Source: Eledone cirrhosa (taxonomy: Eukaryota). From it: a DNA stretch of 64,000 bases. Location of the stretch: contig OZ024741.1 of the NCBI GenBank assembly GCA_964016885.1, forward strand, positions 163,246,001 through 163,310,000, in the 5' to 3' direction. The notes under the pieces were generated by a model, which had not been told where the DNA came from, did not search any database, and saw only the letters and a program-made list of their open reading frames with translations. Made by a program: the position numbers and the translations under genes. Positions 14,306 to 27,937 of the stretch are shown here, piece after piece (the first letter of the stretch is position 1; the number at the start of each line of letters is the position of its first letter).

Positions 14306-14488
14306 AACAATAAAAATAGATATAGAATGATAGGACCGAACGCTGACTAGACGACACATTTTGGTGGGCACAAATACTAAAGATGCGACATACCAAATAT
14401 ATTTATACAGACATACATATATATGGGAGATAAGACAATAACAATCTGCTATCTACATATCTATATTTTTCCATCTCTCCTCCCGCCC

Positions 14489-14544
<56 letters not shown>

Positions 14545-14924
14545 TAAAATTACTACAATGATTGCAAAACGCGAATATGCTCGTTTCGTTAGGGAGTTAA
14601 GAAACACCAACCTTTCAATTCACCATGTCGTGATGGATTAATTTCCGGGGTGCCTCCTTACATATAAGAATTCTTGGAGTAAGGAAAGGTAACGTGTATG
14701 TCTAAAAGTTAAGTGCAAGAAGTAGTCCCCTTTATTAAACCATAGTAAACTTCTTTCCTTTTACCGTACACTGAGGTTCTTTCCAACTTAGATGGTCAAT
14801 TGAATGGGGACTGCCCCAAATCGAGACCCCAAGTTCACTGCCACAACCACCACAAAAAGAAAAATATAAAAGGATCAAATAAACCCGGGAAGAATATAAA
14901 GAAATAATCGTTTATATTTTAGGA

Positions 14925-15020
14925 ACATGGCCAGCAATTACCCAGTGCATTACTGGTACTTTATTTTATCGACCCCGTAAGGATGAAAGGCAAAGTTAAC
15001 CTCGGCGGTATTTGAACTCA
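14925..15020 (-). mobile_element. SINE family 1, partial
   Basis: Core TACTGGTACTTTATTTTATCGACCCCGTAAGGATGAAAGGC. Confidence 0.8.
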
Positions 15021-15195
15021 TATCATAATATAAAGAAATAATTGTTTCTACTTTTGGCACAATGCCATCAATTGTGTTGGCATGTAGACAGCCAACACAA
15101 GAGCAAGAATGAAGGGTTACTTCTACTGACATGGCTTTAAAAATGAGGCTCGTTTGCATAATTGCAAACGAATCGAATGTTATTATTAATATTCG

Positions 15196-15332
15196 CATAG
15201 AGTTACGGTCCTTGCCATTCTGAGTTCAAATCCCGCCGAGGTTTACTTTGCCTTTCATCCTTACGGGGTCGATAAAATAAAGTACTAGTAATGCACTGGA
15301 TAATTGCTGGCCTTGAGCCAAAAGTAGAAACA
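15196..15332 (+). mobile_element. SINE family 1, 5'-truncated, 14-bp TSD
   Basis: ATTATTAATATTCG at 15182-15195 and 15333-15346. Confidence 0.85.
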
Positions 15333-15623
15333 ATTATTAATATTCGAAAAACTCAGATTACATTTATTGTATTCAGGTATTCAGCCTTGTAGAGCAAACA
15401 TTTTATATATATATATATATATAGTTTAGGGATTGTAACGTCGTGTTACTGTTGGTTCACCAACGTGAGCACTAGTCTCCAGTATGTACTTTGGGGTTGT
15501 ACTAAGCAGAGTGTAATATCAACAATAATTATGGACGAGGTTTCAAATTAACATTAAGTTTATTCAGGTGTAACGCGTGTTGAGCTGATCAATCGAGAAA
15601 CGTGCGTCATAATTATTGTCAAT

Positions 15624-15655
<32 letters not shown>

Positions 15656-15682
15656 ATATATATACATATATATGTATATTTA

Positions 15683-15875
15683 ACGAAGGAATTGTGGTAA
15701 GGAACCAGATGGACCATAACACACCAGAGGACTCAATACTTAGGGTAGTAGAGTGGGTAATAGGAAAAAGTATGATCCCGACAGCAGAGCTCAAGCCGTT
15801 TCGACGACAATTTCTGGACTGAAATAGCCGTCGAAACGGCTTGAGCTCTGCTGGTGGAGTCATACATTTCCCTAT
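15683..15875 (-). mobile_element. Short fold-back 3' end of the same PLE family
   Basis: Matches reverse complement of 48920-49060, then folds back within HHR stem II; (TA)n flanks. Confidence 0.8.
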
Positions 15876-15889
15876 ATATATATATAGTT

Positions 15890-16202
15890 TTGCGAAGTTT
15901 TTTATATGAAATCGTGTGTCGAAACAAATATTGTTATACTTGGGGAGGGTCATATTTGTGTAATATTGCCAGAATTAATAATAACAGAACACACTCACTG
16001 TTTGGTTGGTTTTCGTTTTTGTGTCTATATTGTATCTGTATTATTTATGACCGTTGGTCAGTCAATGGCAGCATTGAGGACCGTGTAAATTTGATTACCG
16101 ATATAAAAGACACAGAAGCGAAAAGCGAAAACCAACCAAACAGTGAGTGTGATCTGTTATTAATTCTGGCAATATTACACAAATATGACCCTCCCCAAGT
16201 AT

Positions 16203-16210
<8 letters not shown>
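15890..16210. repeat. Fold-back element, arms ~15927-16027 / ~16107-16210
   Basis: ATTGTTATACTTGGGGAGGGTCATAT mirrored; related fragments at ~2040-2140 and ~44070-44105. Confidence 0.75.
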
Positions 16211-16243
<33 letters not shown>

Positions 16244-16284
16244 ATATTAAATAAATGGAAACTATATTTATAAAACCATATTTA

Positions 16285-16346
16285 TTTCGTTATATATATT
16301 TCAGGGATATCATATTAACAATATATTATGCCATCTTCAGACAAAA
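16285..16346 (-). ncRNA. Type I hammerhead ribozyme (mirror of 16501-16562)
   Basis: Reverse complement retains CTGAAGA, GAAA, TATATA-TA and stem I. Confidence 0.75.
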
Positions 16347-16500
16347 TACAATATAAACAGTCTTATAAATAAATAGATACGGCATACCTTTCAATCACCT
16401 TGCATTTGGGAGGTTGATTTGGTACCAAATCAACCTCCCAAATGCAAGGTGGTTGAAAGGTATGTCGTATCTATTTATTTATAAGACTGTTTATATTGTA

Positions 16501-16562
16501 TTTTGTCTGAAGATGGCATAACATATTGTTAATATGATATCCCTGAAATATATATAACGAAA
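16501..16562 (+). ncRNA. Type I hammerhead ribozyme
   Basis: TTTTGT-CTGAAGA-TGGCATAACATATT...AATATGATATCCCT-GAAA-TATATA-TA-ACGAAA. Confidence 0.75.
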
Positions 16563-16740
16563 TAAATATGGTTTTATAAATATAGTTTCCATTTATTTAA
16601 TATCATAAATATACTCCAAATACTTGTTGAGTGCTTTTATATCAGTTATAAATATTTACTCGTTGTTAACCCAACAATTTAAATATAACTTTCCATATAT
16701 ATATGTATATATATATATATATATATGTGTGTGTCTGTGT

Positions 16741-16939
16741 GTGTTTCTCGGATTCAATCGGGTCTAACCACAGTAAGGTACTCAATACGTAGCAGAGTAT
16801 ACATATTTTATATAGAAATGGCTTCTCCAGGACTAGATCTGTTTCATTCGAAGGAAACATCAGCAAAGCCGACTTTCCTGATGATTTCCTTCGAATGAAA
16901 CAATTCTAGGCCGGTAGAAGTCATTTCTATATTAAACAA

Positions 16940-16940
<1 letters not shown>
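16741..16940. mobile_element. Short fold-back terminal repeat with two partly decayed HHR motifs (16871-16922 +, ~16820-16870 -)
   Basis: GACTTTC-CTGATGA-TTTCCTTCGAAT-GAAA-C...G-TA-GAAGTC and its mirror. Confidence 0.65.
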
Positions 16941-17013
<73 letters not shown>

Positions 17014-18819
17014 TCACCACCAAAATACCATCTTCATTATAACTAGCTAGCACTAAGCTATATAAATGTTTGAGTGTGTGTGTGTAAATTTTAACAGCCA
17101 GTAATAATAGCGATATTAAAAATACAGAAAACAGTAAACTTCATCCAAGTAGTAAGAACAATGTTTATGTAAGCGATGCATTTCTTTTTTCTCTATTTAT
17201 TTTTTGCTATTGCATAGAAATAAATGTTGACAGTTTTCATTAACGTAATAAAGTATTTTTATTACTAGAAATAAACTTCTTAAATCCCATATTCATGTGT
17301 CATGTTGCTTCTGAAATCGTATTTGCAAGTCTAATATTCAATAAGAACTGACGCGGCTAGGAAATTATTGATGTATCAAATAATTGAGTATAACTACCTT
17401 AAATATATTTTTCGTTACTGAAGTAGATTCGTCGGTAATATAATTTATTTTTAAATAGCCGTTAACTTGTTCATTCAATCACATCATATAACTTGAAAGA
17501 TAGAGATTTTGAATTAAATCCCCAAGCCAAATTGTGAATATAGACCCTTATTAAAATTGAAGTTACTCATTAAAACTGAACATTGTATAGATAGAGTGAG
17601 AAAAAAGAAAAATTTGAAAAAAGAAAACTATGGCTGTGTGAGCAAGGACTTAGCCAGTTAATCACGAGCATTTTAGATTCACCCCTATTCCTTAGCACCC
17701 TGACAGTGTGTCTTCTACTATAGCAGCCGATGGACATGTAAGCGAAATTCGGTAGACAGAAGTCCGTCGTATATCTTATCGATGTCATAATTATTCTTTC
17801 GTCATGAAGGAATTCCAACCGGTTCCATCCATGTGATAAGAGAGAGGTTGGGCCGCTATTTCTAGCAGGGTTTGTGACCATGCAGAATCACCCTCATTCT
17901 ATTTTATGGGTCACGTGGTAAGTGCTGGAAAGATAGTGTTTATAAAGCTTGATGAACACATCCACAAGGATATGGTCCGAACGTGGAAGAGCCGAACTCC
18001 CAGTCATCACCTCCATCTCTCTCGCCCTCCCCATCTCTCCATGTGGTAAGCAAATGGGGTCCCACGTGCTGGCCTCCCCACAGCCCCGGCGGACAGACCG
18101 GTGCTTATCCCAGTATCCGTGGCATGAGGCGACTAAGAATGCAAAACTTCGCCCTGGACAGGACGCTAGTCCATCGAGGGGTTAAACCCCAAACTATTAT
18201 TGGTAATCATTTTCAGCTGAAGATAATGGAGCAACGTGGAATGAAGTGTTTGCTGAAGAACACAACACACGATCCAGTCAAGGAAACAAACCTACGTCAT
18301 TATGATTACCACTAGGCTATACGCTTCCACACCCCAGTACTTTACTGGTTATTTATTTTAGGAAAGCCAGAAGGTAAGCTGCCAGGAAAAAAACATTTCT
18401 AACGATTCTGCCAATATCTACCCCAATGGACATGATAAAGAAACAAAAAATACAGTTATAAATATAAAATGAGAAATGTATTAAATTGAATGAGTTCCAT
18501 ATAGATTATGTTCCTGTGCGTAGGCATGAGTTACGAGACATCTGTAACGTCCGAAGAGCTAGGTGCTGAACAGACAATCATCTGGCTTGCACTGAGGTAA
18601 CAATTTTGAAGTGAAGTGGAAAATACGAGTTAGTGGTGTTGTTGTTCCAAATAAATTATATATATATATAACTTTCATAACTTTGATAGATTTCGACTAG
18701 TATTAGCCCAGGCCGTGTCTAACTTAATATCATCTTTCAAATCATATTTATATTAGGGCGAAAACACCACGAACGAAAAGATCACTAACTCGTATTTTCG
18801 GCTTCACTACACATTTTAC

Positions 18820-19545
18820 CTTACTGTGAGCAAGACGATGGTCTGTCCAACACCTAGCTCTTTGGACATCACAGATCTTTCAAAACTCATCCCTACGCAG
18901 GAGAACATAATCTATAATGTGCCGCTGCTTTGAAGCTGGATGCATCCAGGTGTTTGTACTTCTCCTTTTGTTGGAAGGAAGTGTTAGCTACATAAATATT
19001 TAACTCCTGGCACAGTCGCAGGAGTAACAGACCATTACTATTACATTTTCCAGTCCCATGTTTATTAATCACATCCCATGTTTGGTGGTCGTTTCCAACA
19101 ATAGCATTTAAAATGTATTGGTATGAAAAGTTTATCAGACTGGGAGATCTTCCGGGCAAGATCTTTTAAAGAAAGATAAAATACAAGGTTTTCTTCCTCC
19201 GTAGTGAACAAGTTCGGAGCATAATCACTCACACTATCTAGTCTTAGATAGTGGAACCATCATAGAAATTAGAGAAGCTACGAGAAAACACATCTAGCTA
19301 GGAAGCAATTCTATTTTTAACACCCAATGTAACTCTAGCCCCTCTCTTGCGTCCTTCTGACATTCCACTCCAATAAAAAGTGTATCCACCAGGCCGTTCC
19401 TGAAAATGACCCCCCCCCCTCCCCCATCGGCTGTCTTTATTTCAGACAAGGCTACAACATCCATGTTATTACATGAACGAGGGGATGTATGTTCACGGTC
19501 TAAAAATGTCCGTAAATTCCAGCAACCAATAATAAAGCGGTTTGG
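18820..19545 (-). pseudogene. RTE-type LINE apurinic endonuclease remnant
   Basis: WNLRT, GYTFYWSG, NAIVG...HGTGKCNSNGLLLL...ANTSFQQK, TWMHP and IIDYV motifs across frameshifts. Confidence 0.8.
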
Positions 19546-19921
19546 TTTCGTGTTATAACATGTTGACTAATTAGGGTTGCGTTTGTAACACCCCCAATCA
19601 ATAAACAATGATGCAATTAAGATCAAGCAATCAATGTCATATGTGGTAGTCCATGACAAAATATACGTACGATAATGATAAAGATGTGAAGGCTAGATTT
19701 CCATAATTCATGATATTATGTAATTCACTGTAATATGTACTTCTGTGGTATATCAATTACATAATGGTACCATCGCGCAATTACTAGCATGAATTCTTCA
19801 GACAGCATATTAAGTAATACATTTACTATATAATAATTTTCTAAAGCAATACAGGCTATTGATAAATGAACAGAATTGTATTCGATGTTACTCTTACAAA
19901 CGTCTGTCCCCACACACACAC

Positions 19922-19956
<35 letters not shown>

Positions 19957-19961
19957 GAGAT

Positions 19962-20026
<65 letters not shown>

Positions 20027-20890
20027 GGGAAGGAGAGAGATAGTGAGAGAGAGAGAAAGAAAGAGAGAGAGAGAGAAAGAGAGAGGGGGGAACATTAATT
20101 AAAGCATTTATTCTATAATATAATAATATATCTAGTTTGAAATGAGTTCCTTCCGACATCTATATGCATATGACTGATTTTCCACATTTCTTACATAATT
20201 TCATTATCAGAAAATATAAGCAATACACCTCTATATGTTAGTTCCGTTTTATTGATTACTCTAACATCAGTCTCATTCTTCTTTGCTTTGTTATGAAACT
20301 GCCATACACATGGAATCGGATTAAAGTGATTGATTGACAAGCAGATGACACCTGTCAAACGTATACGATTTAACTAACATACAAGCGTCACATATTTCTA
20401 TATCTAATTGCTTCATTAGTCAACATTGTTAGTTTACTTTTACTGAAATAAATACACCAAGATGGGAAATAAAACTACAGAAGAAAAGGAAAAATTACAT
20501 TTATACTTTTTATGTTGGTTTATACAGAAAAACAACTTCGTATAATTTCTATAATCAGAGTTCTTAGACTGTAAGTTGCTTACTGAATTGCAAAACGATC
20601 TATTATAATCCTTGATATTACTTTAACAAAGACGAACACAAAGATAGAATATGATAATACAGCTCTCTTATCGAGTCAGGATCAATATCTTCCCATCTTT
20701 GTAATAAATATATTGTTTGTATTTGATATACCTTAATATCATAATATGCCTCGTTTAACATGGATTGAATTATTTTTGTATGAGTAAATCGTATAAAGTA
20801 TGTATTATGCACTCCCTCGCAACTATTTCTATATAAATGCTTTCACATACATACGTACATACATACATAAATACATACTTACATATATTA

Positions 20891-21027
<137 letters not shown>

Positions 21028-21171
21028 TATATAGAATAGAAAACGGAAAATCAGTGATGCATCACTGATTTTCCGTTTTTTATTCTATCATACTCTGTTC
21101 GGTAAGAGCATAGAGTGCTCAACCGGCATACCGCCTATGGAAGCATCTTAGCTACCATCAGACACACACAT

Positions 21172-21235
<64 letters not shown>

Positions 21236-21287
21236 GTGTGTTATGGAATACTGTTAGCTTCTCGCTACAACAATTTCTATACTTTTC

Positions 21288-21323
<36 letters not shown>

Positions 21324-21341
21324 TCACACACACACACACAC

Positions 21342-21384
<43 letters not shown>

Positions 21385-21418
21385 CACATATATATATACA
21401 TACATATACATATACATA

Positions 21419-21465
<47 letters not shown>

Positions 21466-21850
21466 TGTAAACCTACATGTATACGTATATATATGTAGTC
21501 ATTTATACATATATACATTATATATATAAATGTGTCTGAGTGTATATTTTGTGCTTCTGTTAACTTGTTCGTATGTTAACACATATGTATATATATTACG
21601 AGCAAACATTTAATCAATTATATCTGCACCCAATCCACATGTATAAATACACTGTTTACAAGCATGGAATGTGATTTTATATTGTCAGGTTTTCTTTTCA
21701 AGTCCCTTTTGGTATATTGAAGATGGAAATGAATTTTACTCCTGTGAACATCTCGTGCACCTTTTTTATTTTGTTTTTTATTAATTCTCGATATTATCTT
21801 AGCCACGCATAAGGTTTTAACACACACACACACACACAGACACAGACACA

Positions 21851-21933
<83 letters not shown>

Positions 21934-22241
21934 CAATTGAGGAAAGTCGGTTTATCAGATAATCCACTGACTTTTGTTGTAAACAGTCGTAAAGCAGTCT
22001 ACGATTTTTATTCCTTCGAATGTTATCGATAATGTATCAATCTTATGACTGCTGGAGCGGAATGCCAACACAATGCTAACCTCAGCAGCATATGAAAAGA
22101 AACACTTCAACTTTCCTCCTGCTCGAAAATACCACGCCAGAGGGTTATTATGTAACCAGGTTGGAGTCGTTGAAATACGTATAACAGGGTCGCATAATAA
22201 ACAGATGATGTAAATTTAAAACCATCTCTCTTCATTATTAT

Positions 22242-22330
<89 letters not shown>

Positions 22331-22512
22331 TTCTTTTTTTGTCATGGTGGTCTACCTCTGGTGGTAGGGTCCGATAGTATACAGTTATATAACTGCTATA
22401 GATCAGACAATATGGCAATATGATCGACCCTCCGAAACGATCGTAAAACAATGATTTGAATAGGTAAAGTAACTTGACTTTGTTGTTTTTATTTTCATCG
22501 TTAATATAATAC

Positions 22513-22564
<52 letters not shown>

Positions 22565-22565
<1 letters not shown>

Positions 22566-24617
22566 TAGTTCAGTTTCACTTCATTTTATTATTATTATTT
22601 CCCGTCGGTTAGTTTAATAGCTGGATGGTTGTTTACTTGCTGATTGTCAAACCTCGCTCGTCACATATTCTGAAGCTCCTTCAGTGACTACGTTTGTTAC
22701 ATTGTCTCTCCTTTTTTGTTGTTGTGCACCATCTAGTTTTTGTGAGCCGTGTACCTTGACTGTGCCCGCATTACATCCGTTTATCTGTGTTTATATTTAT
22801 TATATTATATCCGTTTATATCTGTTTATATTTATTTATTTTTCTCTCTCTTCTGTCTTTCCTCTTTGTCACTAGTGAGTTAATTGTTATCCCGTTTTTGT
22901 ATTCTATATGTTTGTGTATATGTGGCGGGAAGTGGAGTTGTGTCTATGTATCTTATTAGTTCTGTTCTTGCGTGTCTCAGTCACTATGTTGTGAGGTTTT
23001 CAATGTAATATGTTCTATACTAATAGTACATCAACCTAGTGCCCAGTAAGAACAGCCGAACTCCCACTGTCAACGCCTCCATCTCTCTGGCCCTCTCCAT
23101 CTCTCCGTATGGTGAGCAAATGGGGTCCCACGTGCTGACCTCCCCAGAGCCCCGGTGGACAGAATGGAGAAGGCGTTTCCCCGGAGGATGGTAAGGTCAT
23201 TCAATTCTTGCTTTATATTCAATTTTGGTCAAGTTCATTTATGTTTGTAGCTTCTGTAATCTGTTAGACTACTGCGTCTGTTCTGTGTGTAGATATGATT
23301 TTTTATCTCGATGATCTCTAGTGATCTCCTATGTTCCATTCTGGCATGCTGATGGAGTACTGATGAGAGTTTCTTGTCTTCGAGTTCGCGCTAGACTTCT
23401 TTTATCCTCTCTCCTATGCAATGTCCCTCCATGCACCGTATGCTATAAACTACCTTCTTAGTTTTACAGTTAATATGTTGTCTTAATCTGTAGACTATAC
23501 ATTTTCTATCGATGCAGGAGATTTTCTTAAGAGGGTACATTCTGCTAACCAGTGCTTTATGGGAATTCCTACTTTTTCTACTCTCTTAATATATAATTTG
23601 AATTTATATAAAGTCCTTCTAAATCTGTACGCTAGATCACCTCTGAGGGTAACATTGCCGAATATTACAGTCTGGTATTTGTTGTTGTCATACCATGAGT
23701 TGACATCTATCTTCTTCTTAGTTCTCTCCATCCTATACACGGGGCAAGACCCATTGGCAGCTTCTTCTATGGTATTCGTTTATTTCGCCCTGGCTCCGTG
23801 GTACACCATGATCCTGTCTCTCTGATTCTAACTAGAAAACTGCATGTGGTGGGAAACATTCTTACTAAGTTCGTAATCAGTATATTGATTTTTACATTAA
23901 CCAAAACGACTAGGTTCCAGTGGATCAGGTGCTTGGAGGCCATGGGTTTTACAAAATGCGATGGAGCATCGGTGTTTTATTGTCAATGGCTTCTAACCAG
24001 GGTTCTGTGTCTAGTATAGGTAGTTTATTGTTGTGGTGTTTGTTTGGGTACTTAACGGTAACTTTAATAGTCTGTTAGATTGAGTTAACTATATGCTGGA
24101 TGCTTTACATGGTGCTCCTATTTAATTCTTGACTGTTCTCTTGTGGGGCTGTTTCAACAACTATACTGATGTCATAATCAGTGCTATGTATAATACCCCT
24201 CTATTTCTTCAAACTTTTGTCATTGTCCCTACCCTCTCAATATCTCTCATTGTTATTTCTATACCGTCCCCCACAGCGATTGTTATTTTCTAATTCGTGT
24301 TTGTCGTTGCTCTGTCTCCGCTATTTCGGTTAGTGGGATATTTTGTTGCTATGTTTACGTCATCGTCGTCATTGATGTTGTTTTGGGCTTGGTTTTCATG
24401 AGTGTTGTGGTGGGAAACAGGACTTCTGATATTGTCTTCTGATACTTGTGATATTGTGCTGTTATCGTTGTTTTTGCTGATATTGATGTTATTTTTGTTT
24501 TTGTTTCTCAGTCTCGATCTAATTTTAGTAAAAGTTCTGTCTATCTCAGATAGGCATTCTAACATTTACCTTACTGTATGTGGCACACTTTGGTGGTAAC
24601 TGTAGGATGGATTAGGG

Positions 24618-24618
<1 letters not shown>
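22565..24618 (-). mobile_element. Degenerate, internally deleted Penelope-like element (different lineage)
   Basis: Minus-strand KPMASKHLIHW...KINIL (thumb-like, ~23880-23950) and INCKTKKVVYSIRC...CIGE (GIY-YIG-like, ~23410-23480); HHR-like remnant near 22650-22690; many stops. Confidence 0.65.
23045..23197 (-). mobile_element. 3' tail of the CRE-like family nested in the degenerate PLE
   Basis: Reverse complement matches 61392-61441; same tail at ~17985-18098. Confidence 0.7.
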
Positions 24619-24674
<56 letters not shown>

Positions 24675-25194
24675 AAAGAAGAGAAATAGGACGAAGGTAA
24701 ACAATTACAAAAGAATTTAATCCACGTATTTACAATTGTTTCATCAGAATTTCAGTCCATTATTGCTACACTATGTTATAATAGGCAATCAAGAAAGATA
24801 CTGTGGAATCCGAATTTTCAAAATACAAAGTTGGAATGACCTTAGGAAATGAAATAAGGGGTAGTAGTGTAAGATAGAGGAACAGAGAGAGAGAGGGGGG
24901 CAAAAGAGAGGGAGAGAGAGAGAGAGAGAGAGAAAAGGGATAGAGGAAGGGAGAGAAAGAGAAAGAGGTAGTGTGGTGTGAGAGGGTTTGTATAGGGAGG
25001 GGGAGGAGGGATGTGTGCTAAAAGTTGTGATGAGTAGAGGGAGAGAGAAGGAAGATAGAATTTTAAGAGGCATTTGGAAGTGGACAGGCGAAAGTCTTAC
25101 CAGAGAACAGATGAAGGAAGAAAGTATTAAATTTCATATATAGTCTATTTTTAAGGGTGTAGAATTGTTATTTAGGGTAGAAAGATAGGTAGTG

Positions 25195-25788
25195 TTAGGA
25201 TTTGGTTGAAGGTTTGAAGTGTGAGAATTTCGCTTTCAGTTTATGCTGGCAAAAAATTGACCTTTCAATTTTGTTGTTGAGAAGTTGGTGGCTTGAGCTT
25301 AGAATATGGAAGAGCTCATTATTACACAACGGGCACGTTTTCATCCCACTCCGGTATGGAGGAGCATGTGAGAGTTTGGTCCATTTAAGGGTGTATTGTC
25401 GGTTACTCCCTTTTAAGTGCCAAATTTTGTCGGCGAGAGTCGTTACGTAACGGTGTTGGTGGTGCTTTATTGCGTAACGATGCGTGTACCAACGAGTTTT
25501 GAAGGTGTTTGCAGTGCTGCCTATGTAGTACCAGGTTTGGTTGCCCGACTCAACCGAGCACCTGTATACTAGGTTTGAATGCAAACATTCGTTATTCAAT
25601 GGACAAGTCTCTGGAAGGTGGCAATTACAATTTCTGTTATGGGCAGTGGTGGAGTTATAGGTGTGCTGGGATGTGTGTGTGAGTGTGTTTTGTGCATACT
25701 GATTGTTAGTGGGTGGTTGTGTATTAGGTGTATTATTGTGTTGAGCGATTGGGGTGTTGTTGTTACGGAGTTTTTTGGCGTTGAGCAT
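25195..25788 (-). CDS. Penelope-like GIY-YIG endonuclease (joins the RT if one base is removed from the T8 run at 25885-25892)
   Basis: CNCHLPETCP, LVYRC, YYIGST, FKTRW, CPLC, CQH motifs. Confidence 0.9.
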   Translation of the reverse strand: MLNAKKLRNNNTPIAQHNNTPNTQPPTNNQYAQNTLTHTSQHTYNSTTAHNRNCNCHLPETCPLNNECLHSNLVYRCSVESGNQTWYYIGSTANTFKTRWYTHRYAIKHHQHRYVTTLADKIWHLKGSNRQYTLKWTKLSHAPPYRSGMKTCPLCNNELFHILSSSHQLLNNKIERSIFCQHKLKAKFSHFKPSTKS

Positions 25789-25864
25789 CTTAATGTGTGC
25801 GTCTAGGTTTGGTGCAGTGGAATAAGATAGTCTAATTGTTTTGGTATTAAGTATACTACTATAT

Positions 25865-26698
25865 TTATGTGAATTTGGAAAGTGTTTTTTTTATAATTTT
25901 GTAGAATGTGGAAGGTAAGTTAGAGCTAATAGAAGAGTTAAAAATAGGATTATACCAAATGTAAGATCTACTCCGTGTTCTGTTTTGCTTTGATGTTGCT
26001 GTTGTATTTGTGGTGTGGTTAGTATTAGGGGGTCTAGGTGCGTGTGTGCGGGTGTTTGTGCGGCGTTTGGCGTGTCTGTGGTTATGTGTTTTATGGTTGT
26101 GTGGGTCCATGTATTCTTGTTTGTCGGTGTGGCCAGCCCGTTCTAATGCAGTGTTGTAGTATTCAGCGTGTTGATCGAATATTTGTTGGTTAGATGAGAG
26201 GCGGGATATTCTAAGTGATATACTATGTGGCACGGACCTTATAATAGATAGTGGGTGGTTAGAGCTAGTGTGGATGTAGGTGAGGTTCTCATTGTTTTTG
26301 TGAAAGGGTGTGATAATTTGGGTGTTGAGGTTGAAGGTGGCATCTAGGAAGTTAACTACTTTGGTACTATATTCGTAGGTGATTTTAAGGCCAAGGCTAT
26401 CTAGGGTTCTTCTAATGCTCTTACGGGTTCGTTCTATGTTTTGTTTATTCATGTTTTTAACTAATAGGAGAGCGTCATCTCTATATATTCCGCCTTGAAG
26501 GTAACTAACTTTATTATGTAAGGTGTGGGCTATGTATATACCAACAATATCCGTAACTTGTGCTGAGTCATTAGCACCCATAGTTATGTCAAAGTTATCT
26601 ATTCTATCCTTACGTATCCAAAAGTTATTTTCAAATTTAATTATCGTCTTTCTAGCTGCTAGGATAATGTTTATCTCATCACAACTTTTAGCACACAT
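25865..26698 (-). CDS. Penelope-like reverse transcriptase, C-terminal part (5'-truncated)
   Basis: FDITMGANDSAQVTDIVG, YRDD, VNFLDATFNL, YIHTSSNHP motifs; first ~7 codons come from the inverted pLTR. Confidence 0.9.
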   Translation of the reverse strand: MCAKSCDEINIILAARKTIIKFENNFWIRKDRIDNFDITMGANDSAQVTDIVGIYIAHTLHNKVSYLQGGIYRDDALLLVKNMNKQNIERTRKSIRRTLDSLGLKITYEYSTKVVNFLDATFNLNTQIITPFHKNNENLTYIHTSSNHPLSIIRSVPHSISLRISRLSSNQQIFDQHAEYYNTALERAGHTDKQEYMDPHNHKTHNHRHAKRRTNTRTHAPRPPNTNHTTNTTATSKQNRTRSRSYIWYNPIFNSSISSNLPSTFYKIIKKTLSKFT

Positions 26699-27134
26699 CC
26701 CTCCTCCCCCTCCCTATACAAATCCTCTCACACCACACTACCTCTTTCTCTTTCTCTCCCTTCCTCTATCCCTTTTCTCTCTCTCTCTCTCCCTCTCTTT
26801 TGCCCCTCTCTCTCTCTCTGTTCCTCTATCTTACACTACTACCCCTTATTTCATTTCCTAAGGTCATTCCAACTTTGTATTTTGAAAATTCGGATGCCAC
26901 AGTATCTTTCTTGATTGCCTATTATAACATAGTGTAGCAATAATGGACTGAAATTCTGATGAAACAATTGTAAATACGTGGATTAAATTCTTTTGTAATT
27001 GTTTACCTTCGTCCTATTTCTCTTCTTTGATTACACTCCTCGTTTGTTCGTGTTTCCACTACAGAATCCCTACCAACCTGTCGAGAACTTTCCTCACAAC
27101 TTGTTCTACCAAGCTGTGGAATACTCCTAATAAC

Positions 27135-27165
<31 letters not shown>

Positions 27166-27169
<4 letters not shown>

Positions 27170-27917
27170 TAGCGAGATGTGTGGCAAGCGCTCAATAATT
27201 TTAACGAACCAGAGCTACAACATACGTTAAAAGGCCAAACACAATGAGACGATGGTTAAACCATTATCCGCACAGCCATAGAAACGACCAAGTAATTCGG
27301 GTCAAACAAATAAAAAAAATGTGATTGAAAAATTTACCTGGACCCCTGGATGGTTGGTAAAAATCCAGCATTTTGGGTTTCGGCGACTCCTAAATCAAGT
27401 ACTGTCCGCTTAGACAAATAATGTTAGGCTTCTGGTAAGATGATTGAACAAGGAAGTCACTTTCTCAACAGGCTTTTAGTTCAAGTGCTAGGCCAAGGAT
27501 TGACCATTACCAATACCCACGTGGGGCTCGACAAGGGAGGCAACCCTTATTTTTGGCGGATGAATTCAGTATGTGTATATTATTGCAAAATTGCAAAATA
27601 TCACAAAACGAATTAAGTTCTCAACAGAATGGTTTTAAAGTTAACAAAAGCTATTCATCAGTCAATAGAATCAACTAAAAAAGTCAAGAAAATGAACTGG
27701 TCAATAGCTAGACTCTGGAGATTAATACAAATATAAATTAGCAAGAATCGTATTTCGGCTTTGGAAATTAGCGAAAAACAACTTCCGAGACGTGTGGCAA
27801 GCGCTCAATAATTCTAACGAACCAGAGCTACAACATACGTTAAAAGGCCAAACACACTGAGACAATGGTTAAACCATTATCCGCATAGCCATAGAAACGA
27901 CCAAGTAATTCGGGTCA
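27166..27917. repeat. Partial-tandem element, ~130-bp direct repeat with period 613
   Basis: GTGGCAAGCGCTCAATAA...GTAATTCGGGTCA at 27181-27304 and 27794-27917; (TA)n flanks. Confidence 0.75.
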
Positions 27918-27937
27918 TATATATATATATATATATA

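Larger units (their letters stand above)
16243..16695. mobile_element. Palindromic Penelope-type terminal repeat insertion, centre ~16424 (TTGGTACCAA)
   Basis: ~16243-16424 mirrors ~16425-16606 with no spacer; one HHR per arm; same family at 33311-33637. Confidence 0.8.
24674..27137 (-). mobile_element. Penelope-like retroelement, 5'-truncated, with inverted pseudo-LTR
   Basis: RT plus C-terminal GIY-YIG; 24674-25034 is inverted at 26675-27029; (TA)n on both flanks. Confidence 0.93.
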
